Assembly: GCF_000284455.1 (NCBI RefSeq)
Contig: NC_017039.1
Span: 1,590,001 to 1,622,000 of the forward strand
Source of the DNA: Synechocystis sp. PCC 6803 substr. PCC-P
GTDB lineage: Bacteria; Cyanobacteriota; Cyanobacteriia; Cyanobacteriales; Microcystaceae
Reading direction: 5' to 3'
Length of the DNA: 32,000 nt
The notes under the pieces were generated by a model. It was not told the DNA's origin and did no database searches. It saw only the letters and a program-made list of their open reading frames with translations. Of this stretch, positions 20,542-29,567 are shown piece after piece. Positions within the stretch are counted from its first letter, which is position 1. Every line of letters begins with the position of its first letter. Position numbers and translations under genes: made by a program.

Positions 20542-21657
20542 TTGCAATACCGTCGTTTTGGCCGCACCAATCTGAATTTATCTGTTTTTTCCCTGGGCAC
20601 CATGCGGGGCTTAGGCAATCGCCAGCAATTTGTGGCTACGGTGGAAAAGGCTCTAGCCGGGGGCATTAACCACATCGAAACAGCGGCGGCCTACGGAGAA
20701 AGCGAAGTTTATTTGGGGGAGTTACTGAAGGAATATAATCGCTCCGATATTTACCTCACCAGTAAAGTTTGTCCCACGGAGAACTCAGCACAATTTATCC
20801 AGGGCCTTGACCGTTCTCTGCAACGACTCCAGGTGGATTATTTAGACTGCTTTGCTATCCATGGCATTAATACCTCCGAGCATTGGCAATGGTTACAGCA
20901 ATTGTGGCCGGCGATAGAAAGAGCCCAACAACAGGGAAAATTTAAACATCTTGGCTTTTCTACCCACGGTAGTTTGCCCCTAGTACAAGAGGTCGTTGCT
21001 TCGGGAAAATTTGCCTTTGTTAACCTGCATTATTACTGGTTTAATCAGCATCTTGCCCCGGCGATCGCCTCAGCCTATGGGCACGATATGGGCATTTTCA
21101 TCATTTCCCCTGCTGACAAGGGCGGTCAACTATACACACCAACCGTAACTTTGCAGAACCTCTGTCAACCCTTTACCCCTTTGGGTTTAACCTACCGTTT
21201 TCTCTTGAGCGATGCTCGCATTACAACCCTGAGTCTTGGCCCCGCCATTCCCCAGGAATTGAATGAACCTCTATCCCTTGGCGATCACCTGGAGCCATTG
21301 AGTGAGCAAGAACAGAGAATTTTGCAAAATTTGCTTGACCATCAAAAACAAGCATTGGGTACGGATGCCTGCCACCAGTGTTATCAATGTTTGCCCTGCC
21401 CGGAGGAAATTAACATTCCCGAAATTCTACGTCTACGCAATTTAGCTGTCGCCTTTGATATGCAAAGTTTTGGTCAATATCGCTATCAAATGTTGGAAAA
21501 TGCGGGGCACTGGTTTCCCGGTAAAAAAGGCGATCGGTGTACCGACTGCGGGGATTGTTTGCCCCGGTGTCCCCATAATCTGGCCATTCCCGAGCTTTTG
21601 CGGGATACTCACCAACGGTTGCGGGGTAAAAGCCGTCGTCGTTTATGGCAGGATTGA
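20542..21657 (+). CDS. Aldo/keto reductase with C-terminal 4Fe-4S cluster-binding region; start probably 20542
   Basis: MQYRRFGRTNLNLSVFSLGTMRGLGN, HIETAAAYGESEVYLGELL, and DCFAIHGIN, then cysteine motifs CHQCYQCLPCP and CTDCGDCLPRCPHNLAIP. Confidence 0.85.
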   Translation: MQYRRFGRTNLNLSVFSLGTMRGLGNRQQFVATVEKALAGGINHIETAAAYGESEVYLGELLKEYNRSDIYLTSKVCPTENSAQFIQGLDRSLQRLQVDYLDCFAIHGINTSEHWQWLQQLWPAIERAQQQGKFKHLGFSTHGSLPLVQEVVASGKFAFVNLHYYWFNQHLAPAIASAYGHDMGIFIISPADKGGQLYTPTVTLQNLCQPFTPLGLTYRFLLSDARITTLSLGPAIPQELNEPLSLGDHLEPLSEQEQRILQNLLDHQKQALGTDACHQCYQCLPCPEEINIPEILRLRNLAVAFDMQSFGQYRYQMLENAGHWFPGKKGDRCTDCGDCLPRCPHNLAIPELLRDTHQRLRGKSRRRLWQD

Positions 21658-21824
21658 TCATTAGGCTATAAATTCAACTTCTGTTTTTTGCCTCCATAAT
21701 CTACCAATTAGGACTAAAGCCTATCGATACCATCTACGGCCAAACCCAACGGCTTAAAACCAGTCAAATTAAGCAACTAAAGCGCCTCTATCAACAGCGT
21801 CTCCCCGGCGATCGCCTGCTAACG

Positions 21825-23429
21825 GTGGAATTAGCCCAGCGTTTGGGGGCCATCAGTCAGGAAATTAAACAGCCGGTTTCAGTGTATGTGAACCGACGGG
21901 GGCAAATTATCCGGGTGGGGGTAGGTACGCCCCGACAAACCCAAATTCCGCCCTTGGAATTGCCCCGCTATGGGGAAAAACGACTATCCGGCATTCGTTG
22001 CCTCACCACGGATTTAAAGGGCGAAGCCCCCAGGGAATCTAGTTTAATTGCCATGGCCCTGCAAAGATTGGATGCCCTAGTGGTGCTAAGCGTTACTGGC
22101 CAGGGTTTTGCTAAACGGGGTGGCGGCGTCACAGGCTATATAGACACGGGGTATTTGGCCCATTTATTGCCCCAAAGCAGTGACGATATGGGGGATAGGG
22201 TAGCCGATTGGGTGGTTTCCCCAGCGGTGGCCTTGGAAGATTTGGCCGAAGAAGCCATCCTCGATTTGGTGGAAAGCCTAGAGGCGGAATTTGAACGGGA
22301 ATTCATCGCCCGTCAGGTGGAAGCAGGGCAGGAAAGGGTCTTGGTGATGGGACTTAAAACCAGTGAGTTGGATGACCAGAGCTTTGCGGAAGGTTTGACC
22401 GAGTTAGAACGACTGGTGGATTCCGCCGGGGCCCAGGTGCTCCAGGTCATGCAGCAAAATCGCAGTAAACCCCATCCCCAAACCGTAGTGGGGGAAGGAA
22501 AAGTGGAAGAGTTGGCCTTGGCAGTGCAAACCACGGGGGCCAATCTAGTGGTTTTCGACCGGGATCTGTCCGCTGCCCAGGTGCGGAACCTAGAGCAACG
22601 CTGTGGAGTTAGGGTCATTGACCGCACGGAATTAATTTTGGATATTTTTGCTCAGCGGGCCCAATCCAGGGCCGGTAAATTACAGGTGGAATTGGCCCAA
22701 TTAGAATACCTGCTACCCAAATTGGTGGGTCGAGGCCAGGGCATGTCCAGGTTGGGGGGAGGCATCGGCACTAGGGGGCCAGGGGAAACCAAGCTGGAAA
22801 CGGAACGGCGCACCATCCAAAGTCGCATTGCCAAGCTACAAAAGCAGGTTAATGAGTTACAGTCCCATCGCTCCCGGCTAAGGAATCAACGCCAACAACA
22901 GGCTGTCCCCACCGTGGCGATCGTCGGTTACACCAATGCGGGCAAATCTACTTTACTTAATGCTCTCACCCAAGCGGATATTTACGCCGCGGACCAATTG
23001 TTTGCCACGTTGGACCCCACCACCAGGCGTTTATCCTTGTTGGATCCGGAGAATCAAACCTACCATCCCATTTTGCTAACGGATACGGTGGGCTTTATCC
23101 ATAAATTGCCCGACGCTTTGGTGGATGCGTTTCGGGCCACGTTAGAAGAAGTAACGGAGGCGGATCTACTGCTCCAAGTGGTGGACCTATCCGACCGAGC
23201 TTGGCGACGGCAAATTGCCTCAGTGGCTAATATTTTGGCAGAAATGCCTCTTGCTACGGCCCCCATGGTGATGGTGTTCAACAAAATTGACCAGGTGCCC
23301 AGCGAAGCTTTAGCAGCGGCCCAAGCGGATTATCCCGAGGCAATTTTCCTGGCGGCGGCCCAGGGCATTGGCTTGGAAACTCTGAAAAAACGTTTACTAG
23401 AGCAAATTCTGACGGATTTGACTGATTAG
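21825..23429 (+). CDS. hflX: GTPase HflX (true N-terminus probably upstream; see findings)
   Basis: GIGTRGPGETKLETERR, G1 motif VAIVGYTNAGKSTLLNALT, G3 LTDTVGFIHKLP, and NKID. The track start is GTG 21825. Confidence 0.92.
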   Translation: MELAQRLGAISQEIKQPVSVYVNRRGQIIRVGVGTPRQTQIPPLELPRYGEKRLSGIRCLTTDLKGEAPRESSLIAMALQRLDALVVLSVTGQGFAKRGGGVTGYIDTGYLAHLLPQSSDDMGDRVADWVVSPAVALEDLAEEAILDLVESLEAEFEREFIARQVEAGQERVLVMGLKTSELDDQSFAEGLTELERLVDSAGAQVLQVMQQNRSKPHPQTVVGEGKVEELALAVQTTGANLVVFDRDLSAAQVRNLEQRCGVRVIDRTELILDIFAQRAQSRAGKLQVELAQLEYLLPKLVGRGQGMSRLGGGIGTRGPGETKLETERRTIQSRIAKLQKQVNELQSHRSRLRNQRQQQAVPTVAIVGYTNAGKSTLLNALTQADIYAADQLFATLDPTTRRLSLLDPENQTYHPILLTDTVGFIHKLPDALVDAFRATLEEVTEADLLLQVVDLSDRAWRRQIASVANILAEMPLATAPMVMVFNKIDQVPSEALAAAQADYPEAIFLAAAQGIGLETLKKRLLEQILTDLTD

Positions 23430-23447
23430 TGTCTATTTCACACTAAT
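23425..23447. promoter_or_regulatory. Hairpin: 8-bp perfect arms with 7-nt loop, overlapping the hflX stop codon; possible terminator or insertion-sequence end
   Basis: ATTAGTGT-CTATTTC-ACACTAAT. Confidence 0.5.
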
Positions 23448-23513
23448 TATCGCTCTTCTATCATTGTGGGTAGGATAAAATGGAGAAGATAGTCTGAAAT
23501 GCAGAGGTGGTAT

Positions 23514-24676
23514 ATGGTTGCCCTACGTGAAGCAAAAGAAACAGTACAATTCATTGACAAATACTGCGAAGGATACAGAGACTTATTTTATTTCCAGAAG
23601 TGAGAAGCTTTGAATACTTGCATCTAGGATTAATTGCGAATATCAAGAGAAAAACCTTCCCAGAAATAGCTAAGGTAGTAGGACTAGAAAATGGACAAGG
23701 ATTTGACTATTTCTTCGGTAAAAGCCCTTGGTTGTTAGAGGAGGTGAGGGAAAGAAGAATTAATAAAATTCTGAGTTTTGCGGAAGGAGAAGCAATAACA
23801 ATGCTCATAGACGAAACAGGGGATAGGAAAAAAGGAAGAAAGACAGATTATGTTGCGCGTCAGTATATTGGCAATCTAGGAAAAATAGAAAATGGAATAG
23901 TAGAGGTGATGTGTTATGGAATTATAAAGGGAATGACAGTACCATTAATCAGCAAAGTATATAAATCAGAGACAAGACTAAAAGAGGGGGATAAATACAA
24001 AAGTAAACCAGAGATAGCAGGGGAAATTATCAAAGAAATAAAAGAGCTTGGTTTCAATATAAAGGTAGTACTAGCAGATAGTGAATATGGAGAGAGCAGC
24101 GAAAACTTTGTAAGAGTATTAGAAAAAGAAAATCTAGAATATGTACTAGCTATAAGGAGTAATCATGGAGTCTGGCTTGGGAAAGAGGAAAGAGTAAGAG
24201 CGAACAAATGGGGAAAATTTGAGAGAGAATTTGCAAGTGGAAAGTCGGAAATAAGATACGTGAGAGAAATTATTTATGGAAAGAGAGGGGAAAAAAGATA
24301 TTGGCAAGTAACGAATAACAAGGAGAAAATGCCGTCAAATTCAACGTATTGTATTATGACAAAAGTATCAGAAATAAAATATAAAGAAGTGGGTAACTTA
24401 TATGGAGCAAGGAACTGGATAGAGTATGGATTAAAGCAAATAAAGAATGAACTGGAGTGGGCAGATTTTAGAATGATGGACTATTCCAGAATAGAAAAAT
24501 GGCGGGAAATAGTGATGAGCGTATATTTAATGGCAAGTCTTCAGATAGAAAATTTGCCTCCGCATGATAACTCCTTAAACAAATCAAAACAGACTAGGGA
24601 GATAGCTTATCAGAATATACAAAAACATCCTTGGTGGAATCAAAAAGTGGATGGAAAAACATACTTAACAACATGA
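23514..24676 (+). mobile_element. IS701-like transposase; N-terminal about 29 codons are in a different frame from the main ORF 23600..24676
   Basis: The main ORF has DDE-type segments MLIDETGDRKKGRKTDYVARQYIG and VLADSEYGESSENF. The frame from ATG 23514 gives MVALREAKETVQFIDKYCEGYRDLFYFQK*, which resembles the expected N-terminus; GTG of the main ORF overlaps its stop (GTGA 23600-23603). Confidence 0.75.
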
Positions 24677-24776
24677 GATTAATAATTCACCCATTATGTT
24701 ACTTTAATTTATTAAAGCGGTTGATGACGGTGATTTATACACCTCAGTTATTGAGAAACTTCCATTGCTTATTTGA

Positions 24777-25556
24777 CAAATTGAAGAAGGCAGTAATGGC
24801 CTTAGGAGACCTTATTATTGCTCCAATTATTTTACCTTCCCACCTACACTGATAGAAGAGCGATATTTGAAGACACTCTTTTATGGGAGTCGAAAAATGA
24901 CAGCTTACTTGCGAGAGCAAGGTTATTTTGTGAATCGAAAAAGAGTGATCAAGCTAATGCACAAACTGGGACTACAGACAATCTATCAAAAAAAGCGAAC
25001 CAGTGTCAGCAATCCAGAAAATCTAGTGTATCCCTATTTAATTAGGAAGTTAGAGATTAATCGAGCCAATCAAGTATGGTGTACAGATATCACCTATCTG
25101 CCGATTGGCAAAGGATACTATTATTTGGTTGTTATCATGGACTGGTATAGCAGACGAGTCTTATCGTGGCGTATCAGTAACACAATGGATGTTAAGTTTT
25201 GCTGTAACGCTTTGGAAGAAGCCTTGGAAAAATATGGCAAACCTGAAATCTTTAATAGTGACCAAGGAAGCCAATTTACTTCTAAAGAATTTACTCAGAT
25301 TCTGCTTCAGGCTGAAGTAAAAATCAGCATGGATGGCAGGGGAAGATGTTTCGATAACATTTTTATCGAAAGATTATGGCGTTCCCTTAAATATGAGCTA
25401 ATTTATATTTATGAGTTTGAGGATGGAAGACATTTAAATCAGGAGATTAAAAACTGGATTAACTGGTATAATTATGAAAGATTTCATCAAGCTCTAGATT
25501 ATCAGACACCTTATTTTGTTTACCAGCAAAATCTAAGTACATTACCCGTCACCTAA
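24777..25556 (+). mobile_element. 5'-truncated IS3-family transposase (OrfB-like, rve domain)
   Basis: RYLKTLFYGSRKMTAYLREQGYFVNRKRVIKLM, NQVWCTDITYLPIGKGYYYLVVIMDWYSRRVLSWRIS, FNSDQGSQFTS, and FIERLWRSLKYE. Open frame begins after TGA 24774-24776; no companion OrfA seen upstream. Confidence 0.85.
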
Positions 25557-25653
25557 TCTCTTGCTCGATTCCTGATTTTCAGAGCTTTCCTCTCTACATT
25601 TCTGGCCTGACTTTTGGGATCCACTTCAATATCAACTGGAGCTTTTATCTTTT

Positions 25654-25875
25654 GGCAAAGCTCGAGAACTTGCCCAGATGGAATACCGTGACTTCTCTAC
25701 TCTATTGGGGGAAAGGAACATTACCCGACATTATACCGAAATCGAGCTGGCTGAAGATTTAGATTATGCTCACCGTTAGCAAAACCTCACCCCTGATCAG
25801 TTTGATGATTATCGATTTGTCTCTGAATTACTTCAAGTTGGGATAACAATTCGGGAATATAGTCATTTCAATTAA
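25654..25875 (+). pseudogene. Degraded ORF fragment of unknown function with one internal in-frame stop
   Basis: GKARELAQMEYRDFSTLLGERNITRHYTEIELAEDLDYAHR*QNLTPDQFDDYRFVSELLQVGITIREYSHFN*. Composition is protein-like on both sides of the stop. Confidence 0.35.
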
Positions 25876-25884
25876 CGATGAGAG

Positions 25885-26504
25885 AATTTAATGTAAAATT
25901 ATGGAGTGTACAAAATGAACAGGTTTAAACAATGGCTTACAGTTTAGATTTAAGGCAAAGGGTAGTAGCTTATATAGAAGCTGGAGGAAAAATAACTGAG
26001 GCTTCCAAGATATATAAAATAGGAAAAGCCTCGATATACAGATGGTTAAATAGAGTAGATTTAAGCCCAACAAAAGTAGAGCGTCGCCATAGGAAATTAG
26101 ACTGGGAAGCTCTAAAAAAAGACGTAGAAGAAAATCCCGATGCAAGATTGATAGACAGAGCCAAGAAATTTGGAGTGAGGCCGAGTGCCGTATATTACGC
26201 ATTAAAGAAAATGAAAATAAACAGAAAAAAAAAAGAACTACGTTATCGAGAAAGAAACCGGGAGGAACGAGTTAAGTACTATAGAATGTTAAGAGAACTA
26301 ATTAAGCTCTATGGTAGTCAAGCTATAGTTTACATAAATACAAGCCTGGATTCGAAGCAATCCAGGCTTGTATTTATGCCTGGTCAAAAAAAGGAAAAAA
26401 AGTTTATGGAGATAGACAAGGAAAAAGGGGAGTCAGAGAAAATCTAGTAGCAGGGAGAAGAAAAGGAAAAAAAGATTTGATTGCGCCGATGGTTCTTACT
26501 GTGG
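25885..26504 (+). mobile_element. ISY100-like (IS630/Tc1-mariner) insertion sequence remnant: 5' part only, transposase frameshifted and 3' truncated
   Basis: MAYSLDLRQRVVAYIEAGGKITEASKIYKIGKASIYRWLNRVDLSPTKVERRHRKLDWEALKKDVEENP. After a frame change, the homologous reading continues as GFEAIQACIYAWSKKGKKVYGDRQGKRGVRENLVAGRRKGKKDLIAPMV and then stops resembling transposase. End coordinates are approximate. Confidence 0.85.
26333..26378. repeat. Perfect inverted repeat: 20-bp arms, 6-nt loop, inside the ISY100-like transposase
   Basis: CATAAATACAAGCCTGGATT - CGAAGC - AATCCAGGCTTGTATTTATG; the second arm is the exact reverse complement of the first. Confidence 0.97.
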
Positions 26505-26841
26505 CGTTTAGCGTCTCAGCTTTATTTGAAACTACTATATTGTCTCGAATAATGCTCCAGACAGTATCGTTATCAATGCCCAAATAACCGTGAATAAGAC
26601 GATTGCGGGTGGTAATGATCTGTCGCCAAGGGACCTCTGGGTGTGTGGCTCGTATCTCATTAGGAATATGGGTAGCCGCCTCGCCAATTAATTCTAGATT
26701 TCGTAAAGTGGCATCATAGTTAATTTCGCTGGCGATAAAGGTTTCCTGATCCATTTCTATGGTGTAGGCCAGCGCTTTTTTAGCAAAGCAAATCATGTCG
26801 TCAATGTAAAAATGCCATTCCCGATTGGGAGATTTAGACAT
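26404..26841 (-). CDS. hepT: HepT-like HEPN toxin with chimeric or truncated C-terminus
   Basis: HEPN-type core ...NLELIGEAATHIPNEIR... plus the RNRLIHGY motif (Rx4HxY; bases 26584-26607). The C-terminal TIGAIKSFFPFLLPATRFSLTPLFPCLSP is antisense to the ISY100-like sequence. Confidence 0.75.
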   Translation of the reverse strand: MSKSPNREWHFYIDDMICFAKKALAYTIEMDQETFIASEINYDATLRNLELIGEAATHIPNEIRATHPEVPWRQIITTRNRLIHGYLGIDNDTVWSIIRDNIVVSNKAETLNATVRTIGAIKSFFPFLLPATRFSLTPLFPCLSP

Positions 26842-27124
26842 CTATTTTTTCCTGTTCGATCTGGGAGCGTAATTCTGGTCTGAGGGCCTTTTCTGTTGCT
26901 AGGTCCACGGCACAACCTAACAAGTCTTCTAGATAAAACTGCACTCCGAAATACCGGTGGGATGTGGCAGGTCCATCGAAGCTGACGAGAATATCTACAT
27001 CACTATGGGGACCAGCTTCATCCCTTGCGGTGGAACCAAACAGTGCTAACTGGGTAACACCAAAACGAGATTGTAAATCTGGTTTACTTTGACTTAGCAA
27101 TTGCAGGACTGATTGGCATTTCAT
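26834..27124 (-). CDS. mntA: MntA-like minimal nucleotidyltransferase antitoxin
   Basis: Nucleotidyltransferase signature LFGSTARDEAGPHSDVDILVSF (GSx10DxD), 96 aa, overlaps the hepT start by 8 bp. Confidence 0.8.
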   Translation of the reverse strand: MKCQSVLQLLSQSKPDLQSRFGVTQLALFGSTARDEAGPHSDVDILVSFDGPATSHRYFGVQFYLEDLLGCAVDLATEKALRPELRSQIEQEKIDV

Positions 27125-27154
27125 TGTTCATCAATAACATGAACCACTGAGGGA

Positions 27155-28633
27155 CTATTCCGCTAATCCCAATACCCATTGCACTAGGGTCCGTACTGGA
27201 TAGCCCGTGGCACCAGCATTGTGAACTCCATTTTGCTTATCAGTCCACACAGGCCCTGCAATGTCTAAATGGGCCCAGGGAGTTTCCTTGATGAATTGTT
27301 GTAAAAATAACGCCGCTGTAATGGAACCACCGGAACGGGGCCCCGTATTTTTCATATCGGCGATCGGGGATTTGAGACCTTCAAAATATTTGGATTCCAT
27401 GGGCATTTGCCAGAATTTTTCCCCCGCCTTATCGGCCGCCACTTTGAGTTCATCGGCCAATTCCTGATTGGGACTCCATAAGCCACCAATGTCATCCCCC
27501 AGAGCTACAATACAGGCCCCGGTTAATGTGGCTAGATCAACGATCGCCTCTACACCAAGTTTTTCCGCAAATACTAGGGCATCGGCCAGGGTAAGGCGAC
27601 CTTCCGCATCGGTATTATTTACCTCAATGGTTTTGCCGTTGGAGGCGGTGAGAATATCCCCTGGGTGCATCGCCGTGCCACTGATCATATTTTCCGTAGC
27701 GGCACAGATAAAATGTATTTCTACGTTAGGTTTCAATTGGGCGATCGCCTTAGCAGCCCCGAGGGTAGCACCGCCGCCCCCCATATCCATTTTCATCGTT
27801 TCAATGCCACTACCTGCACCTTTGATGTTTAAACCACCGGAGTCAAAGGTGAGACTTTTGCCGATGATCGCCAACTTTTTCACCGGATTAGCAGGGCGAT
27901 AGGTGAGATGAATAAATTGCGGTGGTAACTCGGAAGCTTTCGCCACCCCCAGAAATGCCCCCATGCCTAGGGCCTCACATTCTGTCTGCCCCAGCACTTC
28001 CAATTCTAAACCGTAGGTCTGGGCCAATTCCGTGGCAATTTCCGTAAAGGTTAAGGGGGTGACTTCGTTGGCCGGAGCCGCCACCATTTCCCGGGCCAGA
28101 ATTACCCCGGAGACAATTTTTTCTGCTTTACCAATGGCTGTTGACTGTTCCCCCAAGCCTAGCAATTCCACAGTGGTCAGCTTAATTTCCTTATCTTCAG
28201 GATCGGACTTGAAGCGATTATCTTGATGCAGGGCTAGTAAAATTCCTTCGGTCAAAATTGCCGCTGTTTGCGCTGGATCATGCTCCCGTTGGGGCAAACT
28301 CACCCCTAGGGTTTTAACTTTTTCTCCCTTGGCCAACCGGGCGATCGCCGCCGCCCCATCTCCTAACACCTGGCTGTTAAATTTTTCAATTTCCCCCAGT
28401 CCCACTAGAATCAGCTTTTTGATTGGGGTTTTACTGCCCACCCGAGACACCAACTTTTGTCCCGCTTTACCCTTAAACTCCTTTTCCTCAATCAGTTCCC
28501 GCAATACCCCTTCCAGGCGATCGTCCAATTGGGTCAGGTCCCCAGTAATTTCCGTTGCATTTTCAAAAAATCCCAGGGCCAGGGCATCTCCCTGCCAAGT
28601 CAAAGCTGTGTAGTCGGTTCCGCGGATCTGCAT
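27155..28633 (-). CDS. pepA: Leucyl aminopeptidase (M17)
   Basis: [53 protein letters not shown], and [16 protein letters not shown]. The start at [15 protein letters not shown] (28633) is preferred over track start 28750. Confidence 0.93.
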   Translation of the reverse strand: MQIRGTDYTALTWQGDALALGFFENATEITGDLTQLDDRLEGVLRELIEEKEFKGKAGQKLVSRVGSKTPIKKLILVGLGEIEKFNSQVLGDGAAAIARLAKGEKVKTLGVSLPQREHDPAQTAAILTEGILLALHQDNRFKSDPEDKEIKLTTVELLGLGEQSTAIGKAEKIVSGVILAREMVAAPANEVTPLTFTEIATELAQTYGLELEVLGQTECEALGMGAFLGVAKASELPPQFIHLTYRPANPVKKLAIIGKSLTFDSGGLNIKGAGSGIETMKMDMGGGGATLGAAKAIAQLKPNVEIHFICAATENMISGTAMHPGDILTASNGKTIEVNNTDAEGRLTLADALVFAEKLGVEAIVDLATLTGACIVALGDDIGGLWSPNQELADELKVAADKAGEKFWQMPMESKYFEGLKSPIADMKNTGPRSGGSITAALFLQQFIKETPWAHLDIAGPVWTDKQNGVHNAGATGYPVRTLVQWVLGLAE

Positions 28634-28789
28634 CGCTGTTTGTTTTTCTGTTGAGGGACTGTCCGTCCCCCATTTTGCCACACTCCCATAACCGCTGGCG
28701 ATCGGGCAGTTAATGCCCCGGTTTATGGATTTGTCCAAAGAGCTTGTCAAGGTTGATACTTCTTGGTATGTTGTTAATGCGCTAAAAAA

Positions 28790-28862
28790 GCCGGGATAGC
28801 TCAGTTGGTAGAGCAGTGGACTGAAAATCCTCGTGTCGGCGGTTCAAGTCCGCCTCCTGGCA
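28790..28862 (+). tRNA. tRNA-Phe (anticodon GAA)
   Basis: GCCGGGATAGCTCAGTTGGTAGAGCAGTGGACTGAAAATCCTCGTGTCGGCGGTTCAAGTCCGCCTCCTGGCA. Acceptor stem GCCGGGA/TCCTGGC pairs with one G-U, T-loop GGTTCAAGTCC, anticodon GAA at 28823-28825. No encoded CCA. Confidence 0.96.
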
Positions 28863-28985
28863 TCACAAAACTCCTTATATAACTGTGCGGCGACACACTG
28901 TGTTGGTCATCGGTTACATATTGGGGGAGACGTTGTTTAATTTTACGGTAATGGCAGATTTAGCAAATTATCTAACTGGTTTAGG

Positions 28986-29136
28986 GTAACGGTTTGTTAC
29001 GAGTGTTAAGGGTTGGGAGTTTGTTGGGTAGGCTAATGATTGTCGGTTCTAAATTAGAATTCCTATGTCGGACGTGATGATCCGGGTAGAAAATTTAGGC
29101 AAAAAGTACATGATTGGCCACCAAGCAGAGGGGCGG
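28986..29136 (+). repeat. Boundary repeat copy 1 (leader plus start of a wzt-like ORF)
   Basis: GTAACGGTTTGTTACGAGTGTTAAGGGTTGGG...CCTATGTCGGACGTGATGATCCGGGTAGAAAATTTAGGCAAAAAGTACATGATTGG, highly similar to 29850-30000. Confidence 0.9.
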
Positions 29137-29250
29137 TCTAATTATGGGTTGTTGCGGGATGTGCTAGCAGATGGGGCCAAGTCCCTGGTAAAGCGGTTTA
29201 CGGGCCGGGACAAAGGCGGTCGCCAAAATAGTTCCCTCCTCTCCAATTGA
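29065..29250 (+). pseudogene. Truncated N-terminus of a Wzt-like polysaccharide/O-antigen ABC transporter ATPase
   Basis: MSDVMIRVENLGKKYMIGHQAEGRSNYGLLRDVLADGAKSLVKRF then stops; there is no Walker A motif. Confidence 0.7.
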
Positions 29251-29303
29251 TGAAATAAGATAAATTAAGTAGCAAATTTGATCAATATCTACAAGGATTA
29301 AAA

Positions 29304-29567
29304 ATGGAAACCATTAATTATCAACAATTCTCTGAAAAACTGCCCACTTTGGTAGAAAAAATAGGTAATGAGCAAGAACCTCTCTGTCTAGAGCTTCCGA
29401 ATTATTTACGAGCTGTTATTATATCTGAGCAAGATTACCGTAGTTTGATGGAAACTGTTTATCTGTTGAGTAACCCTGTTAATGCTGAAAAGTTATTAAC
29501 TACCGCTAGTCGATCAATTGATCAAGCTACATCGTGGACAAAAGTAAAAAATGACTTAGGACTATGA
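29304..29567 (+). CDS. YefM/Phd-like antitoxin
   Basis: METINYQQFSEKLPTLVEKIGNEQEPLCLELPNYLRAVIISEQDYRSLMETVYLLSNP, a Phd/YefM-type layout with 4-bp overlap with the downstream toxin gene. Confidence 0.75.
   Translation: METINYQQFSEKLPTLVEKIGNEQEPLCLELPNYLRAVIISEQDYRSLMETVYLLSNPVNAEKLLTTASRSIDQATSWTKVKNDLGL

Noticed and set aside
24818-25045. 75-aa ORF in the IS3-like region
   Set aside because: Alternative frame of the IS3-family OrfB; the other frame has clear DDE/rve motifs.
28032-28613. Plus-strand ORFs within pepA (64 and 94 aa)
   Set aside because: Antisense to the conserved M17 aminopeptidase coding sequence.
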